Source: Candidatus Poribacteria bacterium
GTDB lineage: Bacteria; Poribacteria; WGA-4E; PCPOR2b
Reading direction: 5' to 3'
Length of the DNA: 64,000 nucleotides
Assembly: GCA_965116925.1 (NCBI GenBank)
Contig: OZ220744.1
Coordinates: 5,376,001 to 5,440,000, forward strand
Shown here one piece after another: positions 1-9,242 of this stretch; the stretch's first letter is position 1; each line of letters opens with the position of its first letter. The notes under the pieces were generated by a model. The model was not told the origin of the DNA and did not search any database. It was given only the letters and a program-made list of their open reading frames with translations. The translations under genes and the position numbers were made by a program.

Positions 1-246
1 ATATATTTGTTTCCACAATAAATAGATGTGGGCTTTTCTCGGAAATAAAGCGTAACGAGTAATGCGTAAGAGGGCAATTTACGCATATATCCCGAAAAAC
101 CAGTAACAACCTATTCCCTTGGCTCATGTTAGGAAATCGTGCAACAGAAACCGAGCTTTCAAAAAAACTCGGTTTATCTTCGCGCCATTCCCTGTATTTC
201 AAACATCGGGCGTAGGGCCCATAAAATGTATTGATAAGGAGAAGTA

Positions 247-1038
247 ATGGATCTCGGACTCAAGGATAAAGTTGCAGTTGTTGGGGCATCAAGCAAAGGG
301 CTTGGCAAAGCCATCGCGCTCGGTCTAGCGGAAGAGGGCACGAAGGTGACAATCTGTGCGCGGGCTGCGGATACACTGGAGGAGACAGCCACCGAAATTC
401 GTGAAAAAACGGGGGCGGAAGTCTTGGCAGTTCCAGCGGATGTCAGTCAGCCGGGGCAGGTTAGCGGTTTGATTGCCAAAGCTATTGATCGATTCGGCGG
501 AATTGATATTCTTGTCAGTAACGCCGGTGGTCCCAGGGCGGGTCGGTTCGCAGATCTATCTCCCGAAGATTATCAAACTGCGCTGCATCTTAATCTACTC
601 AGCACGATTAATCTGTGCCGTGGTGTTGTACCGAGCATGAAGGCACGAGGAGGTGGGCGCATAATCAACCTCACCTCTATTTCTGTCAAACAGCCGGTAG
701 ATGGATTGATGCTCTCTAACATGGCGCGAACCGGCGTCATCGGGTTCGCGAAAACACTTGCGTCCGAGCTTGCACCCGACAATATTCTTATCAATAATAT
801 CTGTCCGGGGGTCATCTTCACCGATCGGATTAAACAGCTAGCCACTGTGAGGGCAGAGGAGGCGGGTATCACGTATGAGGAAGCCCTCACAAATATGACC
901 CAAGAGATACCACTCGGTCGGATTGGAGATCCTAAGGAATTCGCCAATCTGGTTGTGTTCCTCGCCTCCGACCGCGCAAGCTATATCACCGGCACCACGA
1001 TCCAAGTGGATGGCGGTATGGCAAAGGGGTTGTTATAA
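247..1038 (+). CDS. SDR family NAD(P)-dependent oxidoreductase (3-oxoacyl-ACP reductase-like)
   Basis: GASSKGLG Rossmann motif, NAG, SNMAR catalytic variant, GRIGDP..YITG; RBS AAGGAG. Confidence 0.92.
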   Translation: MDLGLKDKVAVVGASSKGLGKAIALGLAEEGTKVTICARAADTLEETATEIREKTGAEVLAVPADVSQPGQVSGLIAKAIDRFGGIDILVSNAGGPRAGRFADLSPEDYQTALHLNLLSTINLCRGVVPSMKARGGGRIINLTSISVKQPVDGLMLSNMARTGVIGFAKTLASELAPDNILINNICPGVIFTDRIKQLATVRAEEAGITYEEALTNMTQEIPLGRIGDPKEFANLVVFLASDRASYITGTTIQVDGGMAKGLL

Positions 1039-1812
1039 TTGCAAAAACCGGGACAACCGGTGCGTGGGGATACCGCACACCGTCCCCCAACCCTGTCGAT
1101 TATCATCCCAGCCTTCAATGAGGCACAAACGATTCGGCAGGTTATTGAAGCGGTTAAAGAAGTGCCGATCGACACGGAGATCATCGTCGTCAACGATGGC
1201 TCGACTGATGAGACATCTGAGATCTTGGAACAGATGCGCGATGAACCGAATTTAAAAATCCTTCAGCGCAAAGAAAATCGTGGAAAAGGGGGCGCGATTC
1301 GGCTTGGACTGGAACAGGTCACCGGCGAGTTTGTAGTCATTCAAGATGCTGACCTTGAACTCTGTTCGAGAGATCTGATACCAATTATAGAAGCATTGCA
1401 AAAAGGTATTGCCAAAGTGGTCTACGGTTCAAGATTCCTAAACGGTAAAAAACGGGCAAGTCTGAAAACCTACATAGCAAACCGTATGCTTGCTAGTTTT
1501 ACAAATCTGTTGTATCATGTTTATATTACTGATGAGGCAACATGTTACAAGGCATTTAACACGAGTTTGATAGCCAGCCTCAATCTGACCGCTCAGGGGT
1601 TTGAGTTTTGCCCGGAAGTGACGGCAAAGGTGCTACGTGCAGGCTATCATATCCATGAGGTGCCCATTTCCTACTTCCCACGCACAAAACAGGGTGGGAA
1701 AAAACTCCAATTCTGGCGGGAGGGCATTCGCGCAGGTTGGACCCTGTTCAAATATCGCTTTGCCCCCACGTCAAAAATCCTTAAAAAACAAGATTGGTCC
1801 AATAAAAAATAA
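1039..1812 (+). CDS. glycosyltransferase family 2 (DPM1-like)
   Basis: IIIPAFNE, VVNDGSTD, NRGKG, QDADL, VYGSRF motifs; start uncertain. Confidence 0.9.
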   Translation: MQKPGQPVRGDTAHRPPTLSIIIPAFNEAQTIRQVIEAVKEVPIDTEIIVVNDGSTDETSEILEQMRDEPNLKILQRKENRGKGGAIRLGLEQVTGEFVVIQDADLELCSRDLIPIIEALQKGIAKVVYGSRFLNGKKRASLKTYIANRMLASFTNLLYHVYITDEATCYKAFNTSLIASLNLTAQGFEFCPEVTAKVLRAGYHIHEVPISYFPRTKQGGKKLQFWREGIRAGWTLFKYRFAPTSKILKKQDWSNKK

Positions 1813-1926
1813 TTTAATTTTTAGCAAAATTGAATGGTTTTCACCCATCTGAATCTGATCCCGCCAATTTTGCTGTGAAATATAACCAATGGAACATTCC
1901 TAATCGTGATAAGGAAGGAGACTCAA

Positions 1927-2349
1927 ATGGCAAAGCAAGTGAGACGTGAAGTGACTTTGAATATTCCGATACACCCCAATATGGAACTAGTCGCTGCACA
2001 TACCGCTTCTATCATCGCTGAAATCATGGATTTTGAGGAAACTCACATTGATGAGATTCAATTGGCTATCATCGAAACTTGCATCAACGCTTTTGAACAT
2101 AGTAATAGCACAGATAACAAAGTGACAGTCACCTACGTTCTCACAGATGATGACCTGGAGCTAAAAATTACGGATCACGGCGTCGGATTTGGTACAGACA
2201 AAACCAAGCATTTAGTCGGAGAGGCTAGGGCACAAGCCATGCAAAAACGAGGGTGGGGTTTGGAGATTATTCGGGAGATGATGGATGAAGTGGAAATCGA
2301 CAGCGGTGATGGAGGAACAACCATCACAATGCTGAAAAAAAGAGCGTAA
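1927..2349 (+). CDS. rsbW: anti-sigma factor / Ser kinase (HATPase_c), RsbW-like
   Basis: ETCINAFEH N-box, ITDHGVGF, RGWGL..MDEV, GTTITM; RBS AAGGAG before ATG 1927. Confidence 0.85.
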   Translation: MAKQVRREVTLNIPIHPNMELVAAHTASIIAEIMDFEETHIDEIQLAIIETCINAFEHSNSTDNKVTVTYVLTDDDLELKITDHGVGFGTDKTKHLVGEARAQAMQKRGWGLEIIREMMDEVEIDSGDGGTTITMLKKRA

Positions 2350-2403
2350 TCAAAAATAGAAAGCATAACTACCACCTAAAAATTTTGATGAAGGAGGAGA
2401 CAA

Positions 2404-2748
2404 ATGGCGACATCTTTTAGTGTCAACACGCGTACCGAAGACGGTTACGCTGTTATCCAAACGGATGGATATCTGAACGGACCGACGGCAGAACAACTCG
2501 CCGAAACTGCCCAAGGTCTTATGAATCAAGGATACAGCACGCTTGTAATTAACCTTGAGAAAACACGATTGGTTAACAGTATCGGCATTTCCATTCTGAT
2601 TGAGATCATTGAATTGCTTCAAGAGCACGGCGGGTCGCTGCACTTCTGCCATTTAACGCCCGTTATTGAACGGACTTTCAAAATGATGGGACTGGCTCAA
2701 CATGCCGAGATCCATCCCGATGAAGCGGCTGCAACAACCAATTTATAA
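2404..2748 (+). CDS. rsbV: STAS-domain anti-sigma factor antagonist, RsbV-like
   Basis: INLEKTRLVNSIGI phospho-Ser motif, 114 aa, next to rsbW. Confidence 0.85.
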   Translation: MATSFSVNTRTEDGYAVIQTDGYLNGPTAEQLAETAQGLMNQGYSTLVINLEKTRLVNSIGISILIEIIELLQEHGGSLHFCHLTPVIERTFKMMGLAQHAEIHPDEAAATTNL

Positions 2749-2859
2749 TTGGATTGGCTGGGCACGACTGAGCTATATTCACCGAATAACACTTCTTCAC
2801 ATCCTCGCAATTTGCAATAGATTATCAATCCCAACCGATTGATCAGAGGTCATCAAAAG

Positions 2860-4683
2860 ATGCAATCCGTTTCCGCTGAAGAAACAATACAACGCCTGAT
2901 TTTTAGCCTGTCTGAGATTGAACAACTGGGTGAGACAATCATCTCTGGGCGCGGTAACTTTAACCTATCAAGTCGGACTTATTTACGAATCATCCACGGC
3001 ACCTTGCAGGTAACCCGTTGCGCGATTTTGCTCTTTCAGCCTACTGAAGATTGCCTTACTGTCGAAGCTGCGATTAATATCAAGGATGAATCGCTGAACA
3101 TTCCAGTGACCGATGACGACATCGCAGCAATACTTGAATCCTCAACCATCGATCCCGCTAACCCGCCCTCTACGTTGAACAACTTTTTCAATCAAATCCA
3201 ACCCCAATTAGAACTTCTTGATGCCAATTTATGGGCACCCCTCAAAATCCGCGATGAATTTCTGGGGATTATTAGTTTAGGCAGTTTTCGGACGCTGGGT
3301 GACATGGACGATTTGGAAGACTGGAATCGAGAGCTCTTGCCTGTGTTAGCAAACCAAATCTCCGTCGCCATCGCTTACTCACGCCTGCTAGACAAGACTC
3401 GCGCGGAACAATTCCGTCTCTTCATGCTATCTGACACCGCCACCCAAATCTGTAAATCACTCGACACGGAGGCTGTGCAGGAAGAGGTAGTGACGCATGC
3501 GATCACGCTGCTGGACGCTAGCACAGGGGGACTGTTGCTCATTAATCCCGTCACACAACGGCTTGAAATGAAATCTGTTTTCGCCCTTGATCCTCAAACC
3601 AATACTGAGTTGGAAAATCTATCGATCCCCCTACAAACGGATCAAGACACTCCGTCCGCACTATCTCTCCTCGCTGAAGTCGCAATACCGGAAGGCGAAA
3701 CGCTGATCTCCAACAATGAAGGGAATGGAGTATTGCTCGGTCGCAGGAATCTGATGGCAGTCCCGATGCGTGGACGTGAAGATACACTAGGGGTGTTGAT
3801 TGTCGCGGATAAGGAGGGAAGAGGAGGAACTACTCTTGATTTTACCGACGAGGATAGGGTTCTGCTTGAAGCTTTCGCCAATCAGGCGGGGGTGGCAATC
3901 GAAAACGCCCAACTCTATCAAGAGGCGCTAGAAGGGCGTCAGCTACAAGCGGAGATGGAGGAAGCCGCAAAGATTCAACAGAACCTGATTCCTGATACGT
4001 TGCCGGAGATTTCTGGCTATGAGGCAACCGGACTTTACTTCCCCCGCGGCGGTGTCGGTGGAGACTACTACGACTGCCTCCCAGATTCAAACGGCACGTG
4101 GGGTCTTGCAATCGCCGATGTCTCCGGCAAGGGGATGCAAGCCGCACTGCTCATGGCGACGTTACGGGCGGGATTGCACTCAGAGGTCACGCGAAAGGAA
4201 GATCTGCCAAGCATGGCAGAAGCACTCAACTCACTGCTCTATGCAAGCAGTACCGACGGCAAATTTGCAACCTTCTTCTACGCTCAGTTACACCCGGAAA
4301 AGGATCAGATAACTTCAGTCAACGCTGGACACAACTACCCGCTCGTCATCCGGCACGCCGGTGGCTGTGATGAACTAGAAAAAGGTGGAGTGATGTTGGG
4401 TATGTTTCCTAACGATGTACTGGCTCAAATCTCAGAGTATGAGCAAGAGACCACCCAACTTTCCAGTGGAGATGTCGTGCTTTTCTACACTGATGGAGTA
4501 ACAGAAACTGTAAACCCCGATGGAGAACTGTACGGGGAAGAACGTCTGGAAGCAGTCGCTACACGCGTAAAAAGCGATAATGTGGATCAGATATGCCAAG
4601 CTATTTACGATGACGTTATCGCATTTCAGGGGGAAGCCCAGCAGTTTGATGACCTAACAATGATGGTGCTAAAGAAAATATAG
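2860..4683 (+). CDS. rsbU: GAF-GAF-SpoIIE (PP2C) phosphatase, RsbU-like
   Basis: VGGDYYD, IADVSGKG, NAGH, YTDGVTE, DDLT motifs; two GAF-like segments. Confidence 0.88.
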   Translation: MQSVSAEETIQRLIFSLSEIEQLGETIISGRGNFNLSSRTYLRIIHGTLQVTRCAILLFQPTEDCLTVEAAINIKDESLNIPVTDDDIAAILESSTIDPANPPSTLNNFFNQIQPQLELLDANLWAPLKIRDEFLGIISLGSFRTLGDMDDLEDWNRELLPVLANQISVAIAYSRLLDKTRAEQFRLFMLSDTATQICKSLDTEAVQEEVVTHAITLLDASTGGLLLINPVTQRLEMKSVFALDPQTNTELENLSIPLQTDQDTPSALSLLAEVAIPEGETLISNNEGNGVLLGRRNLMAVPMRGREDTLGVLIVADKEGRGGTTLDFTDEDRVLLEAFANQAGVAIENAQLYQEALEGRQLQAEMEEAAKIQQNLIPDTLPEISGYEATGLYFPRGGVGGDYYDCLPDSNGTWGLAIADVSGKGMQAALLMATLRAGLHSEVTRKEDLPSMAEALNSLLYASSTDGKFATFFYAQLHPEKDQITSVNAGHNYPLVIRHAGGCDELEKGGVMLGMFPNDVLAQISEYEQETTQLSSGDVVLFYTDGVTETVNPDGELYGEERLEAVATRVKSDNVDQICQAIYDDVIAFQGEAQQFDDLTMMVLKKI

Positions 4684-4717
4684 GCTCATGTCACCAGAAA
4701 GTGCCAAGCGTAAAGAG

Positions 4718-4745
4718 CGTGAAACGTGATGCGTGAAACGTGAAA
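4718..4745. repeat. heptamer tandem repeat (CGTGAAA/CGTGATG x4)
   Basis: CGTGAAA CGTGATG CGTGAAA CGTGAAA in the intergenic region. Confidence 0.75.
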
Positions 4746-4775
4746 TGAACCAATGAACTAACAGGGATAAAATTG

Positions 4776-5678
4776 ATGCAAGATCGAGAAGGACAGCGTT
4801 ATCTGGATCCCGCCGCTTTGGCAAAAATTGGGAATCTCGAACTCATTGCGAAATTTGTCGTCGAAGGGTTCATCTCAGGTCTTCATAAAAGCCCCTATCA
4901 CGGTTTCAGCGTCGAGTTCGCACAGTATCGACAATATATGCCCGGCGATGATATCAAACATCTCGACTGGAAAGCCTATGGACGGACCAATCGGTACTAT
5001 ATCAAGCAGTTTGAGGAGGAAACGAACCTCAACTGTTACCTCCTTCTCGACACCAGTGAGTCAATGACCTACGGCTCCGGTGAACTGACGAAGTTGCAAT
5101 ACGCGAGCTATCTTATCGCTTCGATCGCCTATTTCATGGCAAAGCAGCGGGATGCCGTCGGATTCGCGTACTTCGACGAAAGACTCCACGAATACCTCCC
5201 CGCCCGCAGTTCCCCCGCCCATCTCCACGCAATTCTGTTGACGCTTGAACGGATTCAAACCAATAAGCTCACCCAGATGGGGCAACCCATCCACCAGATC
5301 GCCGAACGCCTCACCAAACGCGGATTGGTTATCCTGATCTCCGACCTCTACGAGGACAACCCCGACACGGTTGTGAACGCCCTTGAACATCTCCGCTATG
5401 ATGGACACGAGGTGATTGTCTTTCATGTTTTAGACCATCAGGAGTTAGACTTTGCTTTTGATCGTGTGGCGCGTTTCGTTGATGCCGAAACGGACGAGGA
5501 GGTTATCGCAACGCCGCAGGCGATTCGACAAAGCTACCTCAGCCATCTGCACGATTTCATCAATCACTACAAGTTGGAATTGAGCCGATCCGACATCGAC
5601 TATAACACAATTGACACTGCAACGCCCGTTGATTACGCCCTGTCAGCCTATCTCGCCAAACGGGAGGGGTTGATTTGA
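4776..5678 (+). CDS. DUF58 domain protein (vWA-like, MoxR-associated family)
   Basis: GLHKSPYHGFSVEFAQYRQYMPGDDIKHLDWK, LLDTSESM, ISDL. Confidence 0.9.
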   Translation: MQDREGQRYLDPAALAKIGNLELIAKFVVEGFISGLHKSPYHGFSVEFAQYRQYMPGDDIKHLDWKAYGRTNRYYIKQFEEETNLNCYLLLDTSESMTYGSGELTKLQYASYLIASIAYFMAKQRDAVGFAYFDERLHEYLPARSSPAHLHAILLTLERIQTNKLTQMGQPIHQIAERLTKRGLVILISDLYEDNPDTVVNALEHLRYDGHEVIVFHVLDHQELDFAFDRVARFVDAETDEEVIATPQAIRQSYLSHLHDFINHYKLELSRSDIDYNTIDTATPVDYALSAYLAKREGLI

Positions 5679-6052
5679 TAGCTCAAATGGATTGGCTCTA
5701 TGTGTACTACGCTATAAATTATTTGATCGTGTAGCATTTTTACGACGACGGTGTGGCACAGTTCCCACAATCCTCTCGTGAGCATAACATCTCTTAGAAC
5801 CCAGAATCAACTCCAAAGTCCCCTCGGAGAAAGTATTTGCCAAAAAACTCAGTTTCTTATACAATATCTTCAGGTGGTCCAAGAAAATAGCGGTATCGGA
5901 ATTGCGTGTACTTGATGAACAGAGTGCATTTTATTACGGTTCAGTGCTGCTGAATCAAGGTTATTTTAAGTTTGCCAGAAACAGAGAAGAAAGCCACACA
6001 AATTTACTTGTAATACCGATGTATACATTTTACTTACAAAAGGAGATGTTTT

Positions 6053-6448
6053 GTGGAAATTAAATTAAAGAATTCTTTCCAAATTTTGGCTCTTTTAATG
6101 GCAGGCTTGACGTTCAGTATGCCTTTTGTTACCTTCGCCCAACAGAATTCATTACAGGCGGAGGCGATAGTTGCTGCCGAGCGAGACGCTCAGGCCGATG
6201 TTAATAAAGGTCTTTGGTTTTTGGGAGGCTGTTTTGGCAATGTAGTCGGGGTCATTATTGCCTATGCCGTTGAACCTACTCCCCCTGCTACAAAGCTCCT
6301 CGGTAAATCGCCAGAATATGTCGCCTTCTACACCTATGCCTATAGAGAGAAAGCCAAAAGCCTTCAGGCTAACAGTGCTTGGACAGGCTGCACTGTCTTC
6401 ACCGCAGTGTATGTTCTTGGTATAGTGTGGTTTTTGCAACACTGGTAG
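6053..6448 (+). CDS. hypothetical secreted/membrane protein; stop codon supplied by a MITE
   Basis: RBS AAGGAG, signal peptide, two hydrophobic segments; TAG lies within the MITE end at 6444. Confidence 0.7.
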   Translation: MEIKLKNSFQILALLMAGLTFSMPFVTFAQQNSLQAEAIVAAERDAQADVNKGLWFLGGCFGNVVGVIIAYAVEPTPPATKLLGKSPEYVAFYTYAYREKAKSLQANSAWTGCTVFTAVYVLGIVWFLQHW

Positions 6449-6652
6449 GTCTGCGCTAAAGTGTGGAGTAGTGAAATCGGCATTCAGGCTTGCAAAATCG
6501 TTCATACAGCAACAAGGCATTCATCAGAGAAATCCTCAATGAATACGGGGTTTCGAGGCGTATTACCGATGTATGCCATTTTTGGGTGTGCCTCGGATTT
6601 TGCCCATAATTTCAGACATTTGATGCCTACCACACTTAACTGCGGTGCTACC
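6444..6652 (-). mobile_element. 209-bp MITE, IS1-like ends (copy 1)
   Basis: near-identical reverse complement of 17641-17849; imperfect TIR GGTAG-N4-GC..AAGTGTGG; no TSD visible at this copy. Confidence 0.85.
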
Positions 6653-6744
6653 ACAGACCCTAGCCCCTATTATTATCCCTTTACAATAATAATATGGTTG
6701 CAAGTGATATACACTAGCTACCAGACCACTTATTAAAGAAACAG

Positions 6745-7464
6745 ATGTCCAAGAACTTCAGACTCATCCTTCCCTTTTTACTTACCATCCTTTTTTGCAT
6801 AGCACTTCACGCCGCGCCGTTAAAAACCTTCTCCTTGGACTTTACACGAGAATTGACCGAATCGGACAAAACGGAGACCACGACAGGCACCCTCCACTAC
6901 GATGCAAAAGCAGCGCGGGTTGTTGTTGAGGTTACGGAACCGCTTAAGCAGATAATGGTCGTACAAGATAAGGTGCTGGAAATTTATTATCCCCCCGAAA
7001 ATCAGGCGTTCCGCTTCATCGCCAAAAGGCGGATTCCACTTCCATTTGTTGAATCTATCATCCAGTCAACACAAGCAGAGTACGGGCTGACCGCCATCGG
7101 GTATTCCCTTGACCGGCATGAGATAACAGACAATGTGCTCTATACCTATTGGGTGCCACCTAAGAAAGCAAAGGATAAACTTGGCACCATTATTCTGAAA
7201 AACCGTGATGGTGGACTCATCTCTGCTGAAGTTAAAACCCCTGAGGGCAAACTCAACGCAAAGTCGTTTTATCGGAAGCACGTCAGACTCGGCACTAGCC
7301 ATATTCCCATGGAGGTTGCTTCTAGCATATATGGTCCCAACTCCGAAGTGCTGGAGCATGAACGCATCGTCTATAGCAATCCACAACTCAACGCCCAACC
7401 GCCAATCCCAATCCTCCAGTTTGAGATTCCGAAATCTGCAAAAGTCAAAGAGATTGAATGGTAA
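6745..7464 (+). CDS. secreted protein, possibly LolA-like
   Basis: signal peptide; GTLHY..EVTEPLKQIMV..LEIYYP pattern resembles LolA. Confidence 0.55.
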   Translation: MSKNFRLILPFLLTILFCIALHAAPLKTFSLDFTRELTESDKTETTTGTLHYDAKAARVVVEVTEPLKQIMVVQDKVLEIYYPPENQAFRFIAKRRIPLPFVESIIQSTQAEYGLTAIGYSLDRHEITDNVLYTYWVPPKKAKDKLGTIILKNRDGGLISAEVKTPEGKLNAKSFYRKHVRLGTSHIPMEVASSIYGPNSEVLEHERIVYSNPQLNAQPPIPILQFEIPKSAKVKEIEW

Positions 7465-7471
7465 TCTCTCC

Positions 7472-7763
7472 TAACGCAAGTTGCTAGTTGAAAAACACCG
7501 TTAAAAAATCCTCGGAATTTTCATAGTTTTCATAGTTTTTTGAAAAAGTTACGAAAAATAAAAAAGCGGAGAATCCATGCTATGACTGGTTTCTGTGCAA
7601 TTTATAGGGGAAAGAGACTTGGACATACTATGAAATTCATGTTGTTTCCAATCTCTGATGCTTGGCTGGTTAATAGGGTCATTTAATTCTTCAGGCGGGG
7701 CAAGATGCCCCGCCTACCGGGTGGCTAATGACTCTAGCTGGTTAAAAATGGCAACTTGCGTTA
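7472..7763. mobile_element. MITE-like element with 13-bp terminal inverted repeat TAACGCAAGTTGC
   Basis: TAACGCAAGTTGC (7472) ... GCAACTTGCGTTA (7763); non-coding; internal REP hairpin GGCGGGGCAAGATGCCCCGCCTAC. Confidence 0.65.
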
Positions 7764-7849
7764 TTCTATATCTTTATGGTATCCTCTCTCCCTCTAATCC
7801 TCGATTCAGTCCTCCGGTATTTTTTTTGTAAATAATTTGTAAAAAAAAC

Positions 7850-7878
7850 TTGACAAACGTTTTGCAGCAATTTATAAT
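7850..7878 (+). promoter_or_regulatory. sigma70 consensus promoter
   Basis: TTGACA-17 bp-TATAAT, AT-rich upstream tract. Confidence 0.8.
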
Positions 7879-7894
7879 ACTACAAAATCAATAT

Positions 7895-7913
7895 GCGAAT
7901 GAGTCTCAATATC
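7895..7913. promoter_or_regulatory. Fur-like box
   Basis: GCGAATGAGTCTCAATATC, 13/19 to GATAATGATAATCATTATC, upstream of iron genes. Confidence 0.6.
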
Positions 7914-7932
7914 ATTTATTAAAGAGATCAAT

Positions 7933-7958
7933 CGGGCAAAAGATGCCCGTTTTTATTT
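7933..7958 (+). terminator. intrinsic terminator-like hairpin in the leader
   Basis: CGGGCA-AAAGA-TGCCCG followed by TTTTTATTT. Confidence 0.45.
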
Positions 7959-7968
7959 AACATTACAG

Positions 7969-7989
7969 TGAAATTGAGACTCAATTTCA
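7969..7989. promoter_or_regulatory. perfect 10-1-10 palindrome, Fur-like operator
   Basis: TGAAATTGAG-A-CTCAATTTCA; central 19-mer 13/19 to Fur consensus. Confidence 0.65.
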
Positions 7990-8009
7990 ACAAATCCGAG
8001 AGTTTAGCA

Positions 8010-9212
8010 TTGCGAATCCTCTGTTGTGTTATGCTTCTATTTTTAATAGCTCAAGTCGTACCGGCTGAATCCGAACGATTTAGTGTCTCCGGTTACGGAG
8101 TAATCAATTACGCTAACTTCGATTGGCAAACCGATCCAGAGCGACGCGCCCACATTGATGTTGAACGGCTTGTCGTCGCGCCGAAACTCCAGATGACCGA
8201 GTCCATCCGTCTTGAAGCGGAGCTAGAGTTTGAGCATGGCGGGACCGGCACTACAATGGAGTTCGATAAATTTGAGGAGTTTGGCGAATTCGAGACGGAA
8301 GTCGAAAAAGGTGGCGAGGTCATTGTTGAGAAACTTGCCGCGGTTTTTGAGATTCGTCCGACACTTAACCTTCGGATTGGTCACATCATCGTGCCGGTCG
8401 GCTTGACTGCCAAGCGGCATCGCCCCCAACACTACTTCACAACCACCCGCCCTGAATCTGAATCTAACCTGATTCCAACCATCTGGCATGAAAATGGGAT
8501 CGAGCTATTCGGCAAAGTTGGTGCACTTAGCTATCAGGCACAAGTTGTCAACGGCTTGGACTCCACCGGCTTCAGTTCGCGCCGCTGGATTGTTGGCGGT
8601 CATCAACTCCGGTTTGAGACCGCTAATGCTGAAGATTTCGCGCTCGTCGGTCGGGTCGATTATCAGGTCGTGTCTGGAGCAGTTCTCGGTGTTTCTGGTT
8701 ACTACGGAGACAGCGCGGACAATCGTCCTAAACCGGACTTCGATCTCGATGCCCATGTTTCAATTGCTGACCTGCACGGCTTTTACGAGGTCGGTGCGGT
8801 GAAGGTTCGTGGAATGTTTCTTTACGGCACACTCGAAAACTCAGAACTTATTTCCAAAACCAACCGAAATCTCTCAAATAACCTGAACGTCAAGCGGACA
8901 CCCGTCGGTAGCCAAGCCTTCGGGGGATACCTCGAAGTCGGCTACAATCTGCTCACGTTTTTCAAATCATCGTTAAATACCGAGGCAGGGCTCGATCTGT
9001 TCGTCCGCTACGACAATTACGATACAATGGCTGAGGTTGAGGGGGATATCTTTGATAATCCGCGTTGGGAACGTCAGACGTGGACATTTGGCATCAATTA
9101 TCACCTGCATTCGCAGCTTGTTTTTAAGGGACACTACTCCGCACGGAGATTGGGCACCGAAGTTGAAAACCAAGAAAATACCTTTGCACTCGGCTTCGGG
9201 TTTCAATACTAA
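8010..9212 (+). CDS. outer-membrane beta-barrel porin associated with imelysin/DHOR iron clusters
   Basis: signal peptide from TTG 8010; ELEFEHGG..GGEVIVE, IPTIWHE motifs; C-terminal FGFQY. Confidence 0.8.
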   Translation: MRILCCVMLLFLIAQVVPAESERFSVSGYGVINYANFDWQTDPERRAHIDVERLVVAPKLQMTESIRLEAELEFEHGGTGTTMEFDKFEEFGEFETEVEKGGEVIVEKLAAVFEIRPTLNLRIGHIIVPVGLTAKRHRPQHYFTTTRPESESNLIPTIWHENGIELFGKVGALSYQAQVVNGLDSTGFSSRRWIVGGHQLRFETANAEDFALVGRVDYQVVSGAVLGVSGYYGDSADNRPKPDFDLDAHVSIADLHGFYEVGAVKVRGMFLYGTLENSELISKTNRNLSNNLNVKRTPVGSQAFGGYLEVGYNLLTFFKSSLNTEAGLDLFVRYDNYDTMAEVEGDIFDNPRWERQTWTFGINYHLHSQLVFKGHYSARRLGTEVENQENTFALGFGFQY

Positions 9213-9242
9213 TTTAACTTCAAACTAAAAAGGAGGAATCCA

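Noticed and set aside
121..145. GGCTCATGTTAGGAAATCGTGCAA (and 4683-4704) as further complete MITEs
   Set aside because: Only one TIR-like end is recognisable, with no partner end or TSD.
6461..6736. ORFs 6461..6736 and 17605..17832 as duplicated small genes
   Set aside because: They are incidental frames through the MITE.
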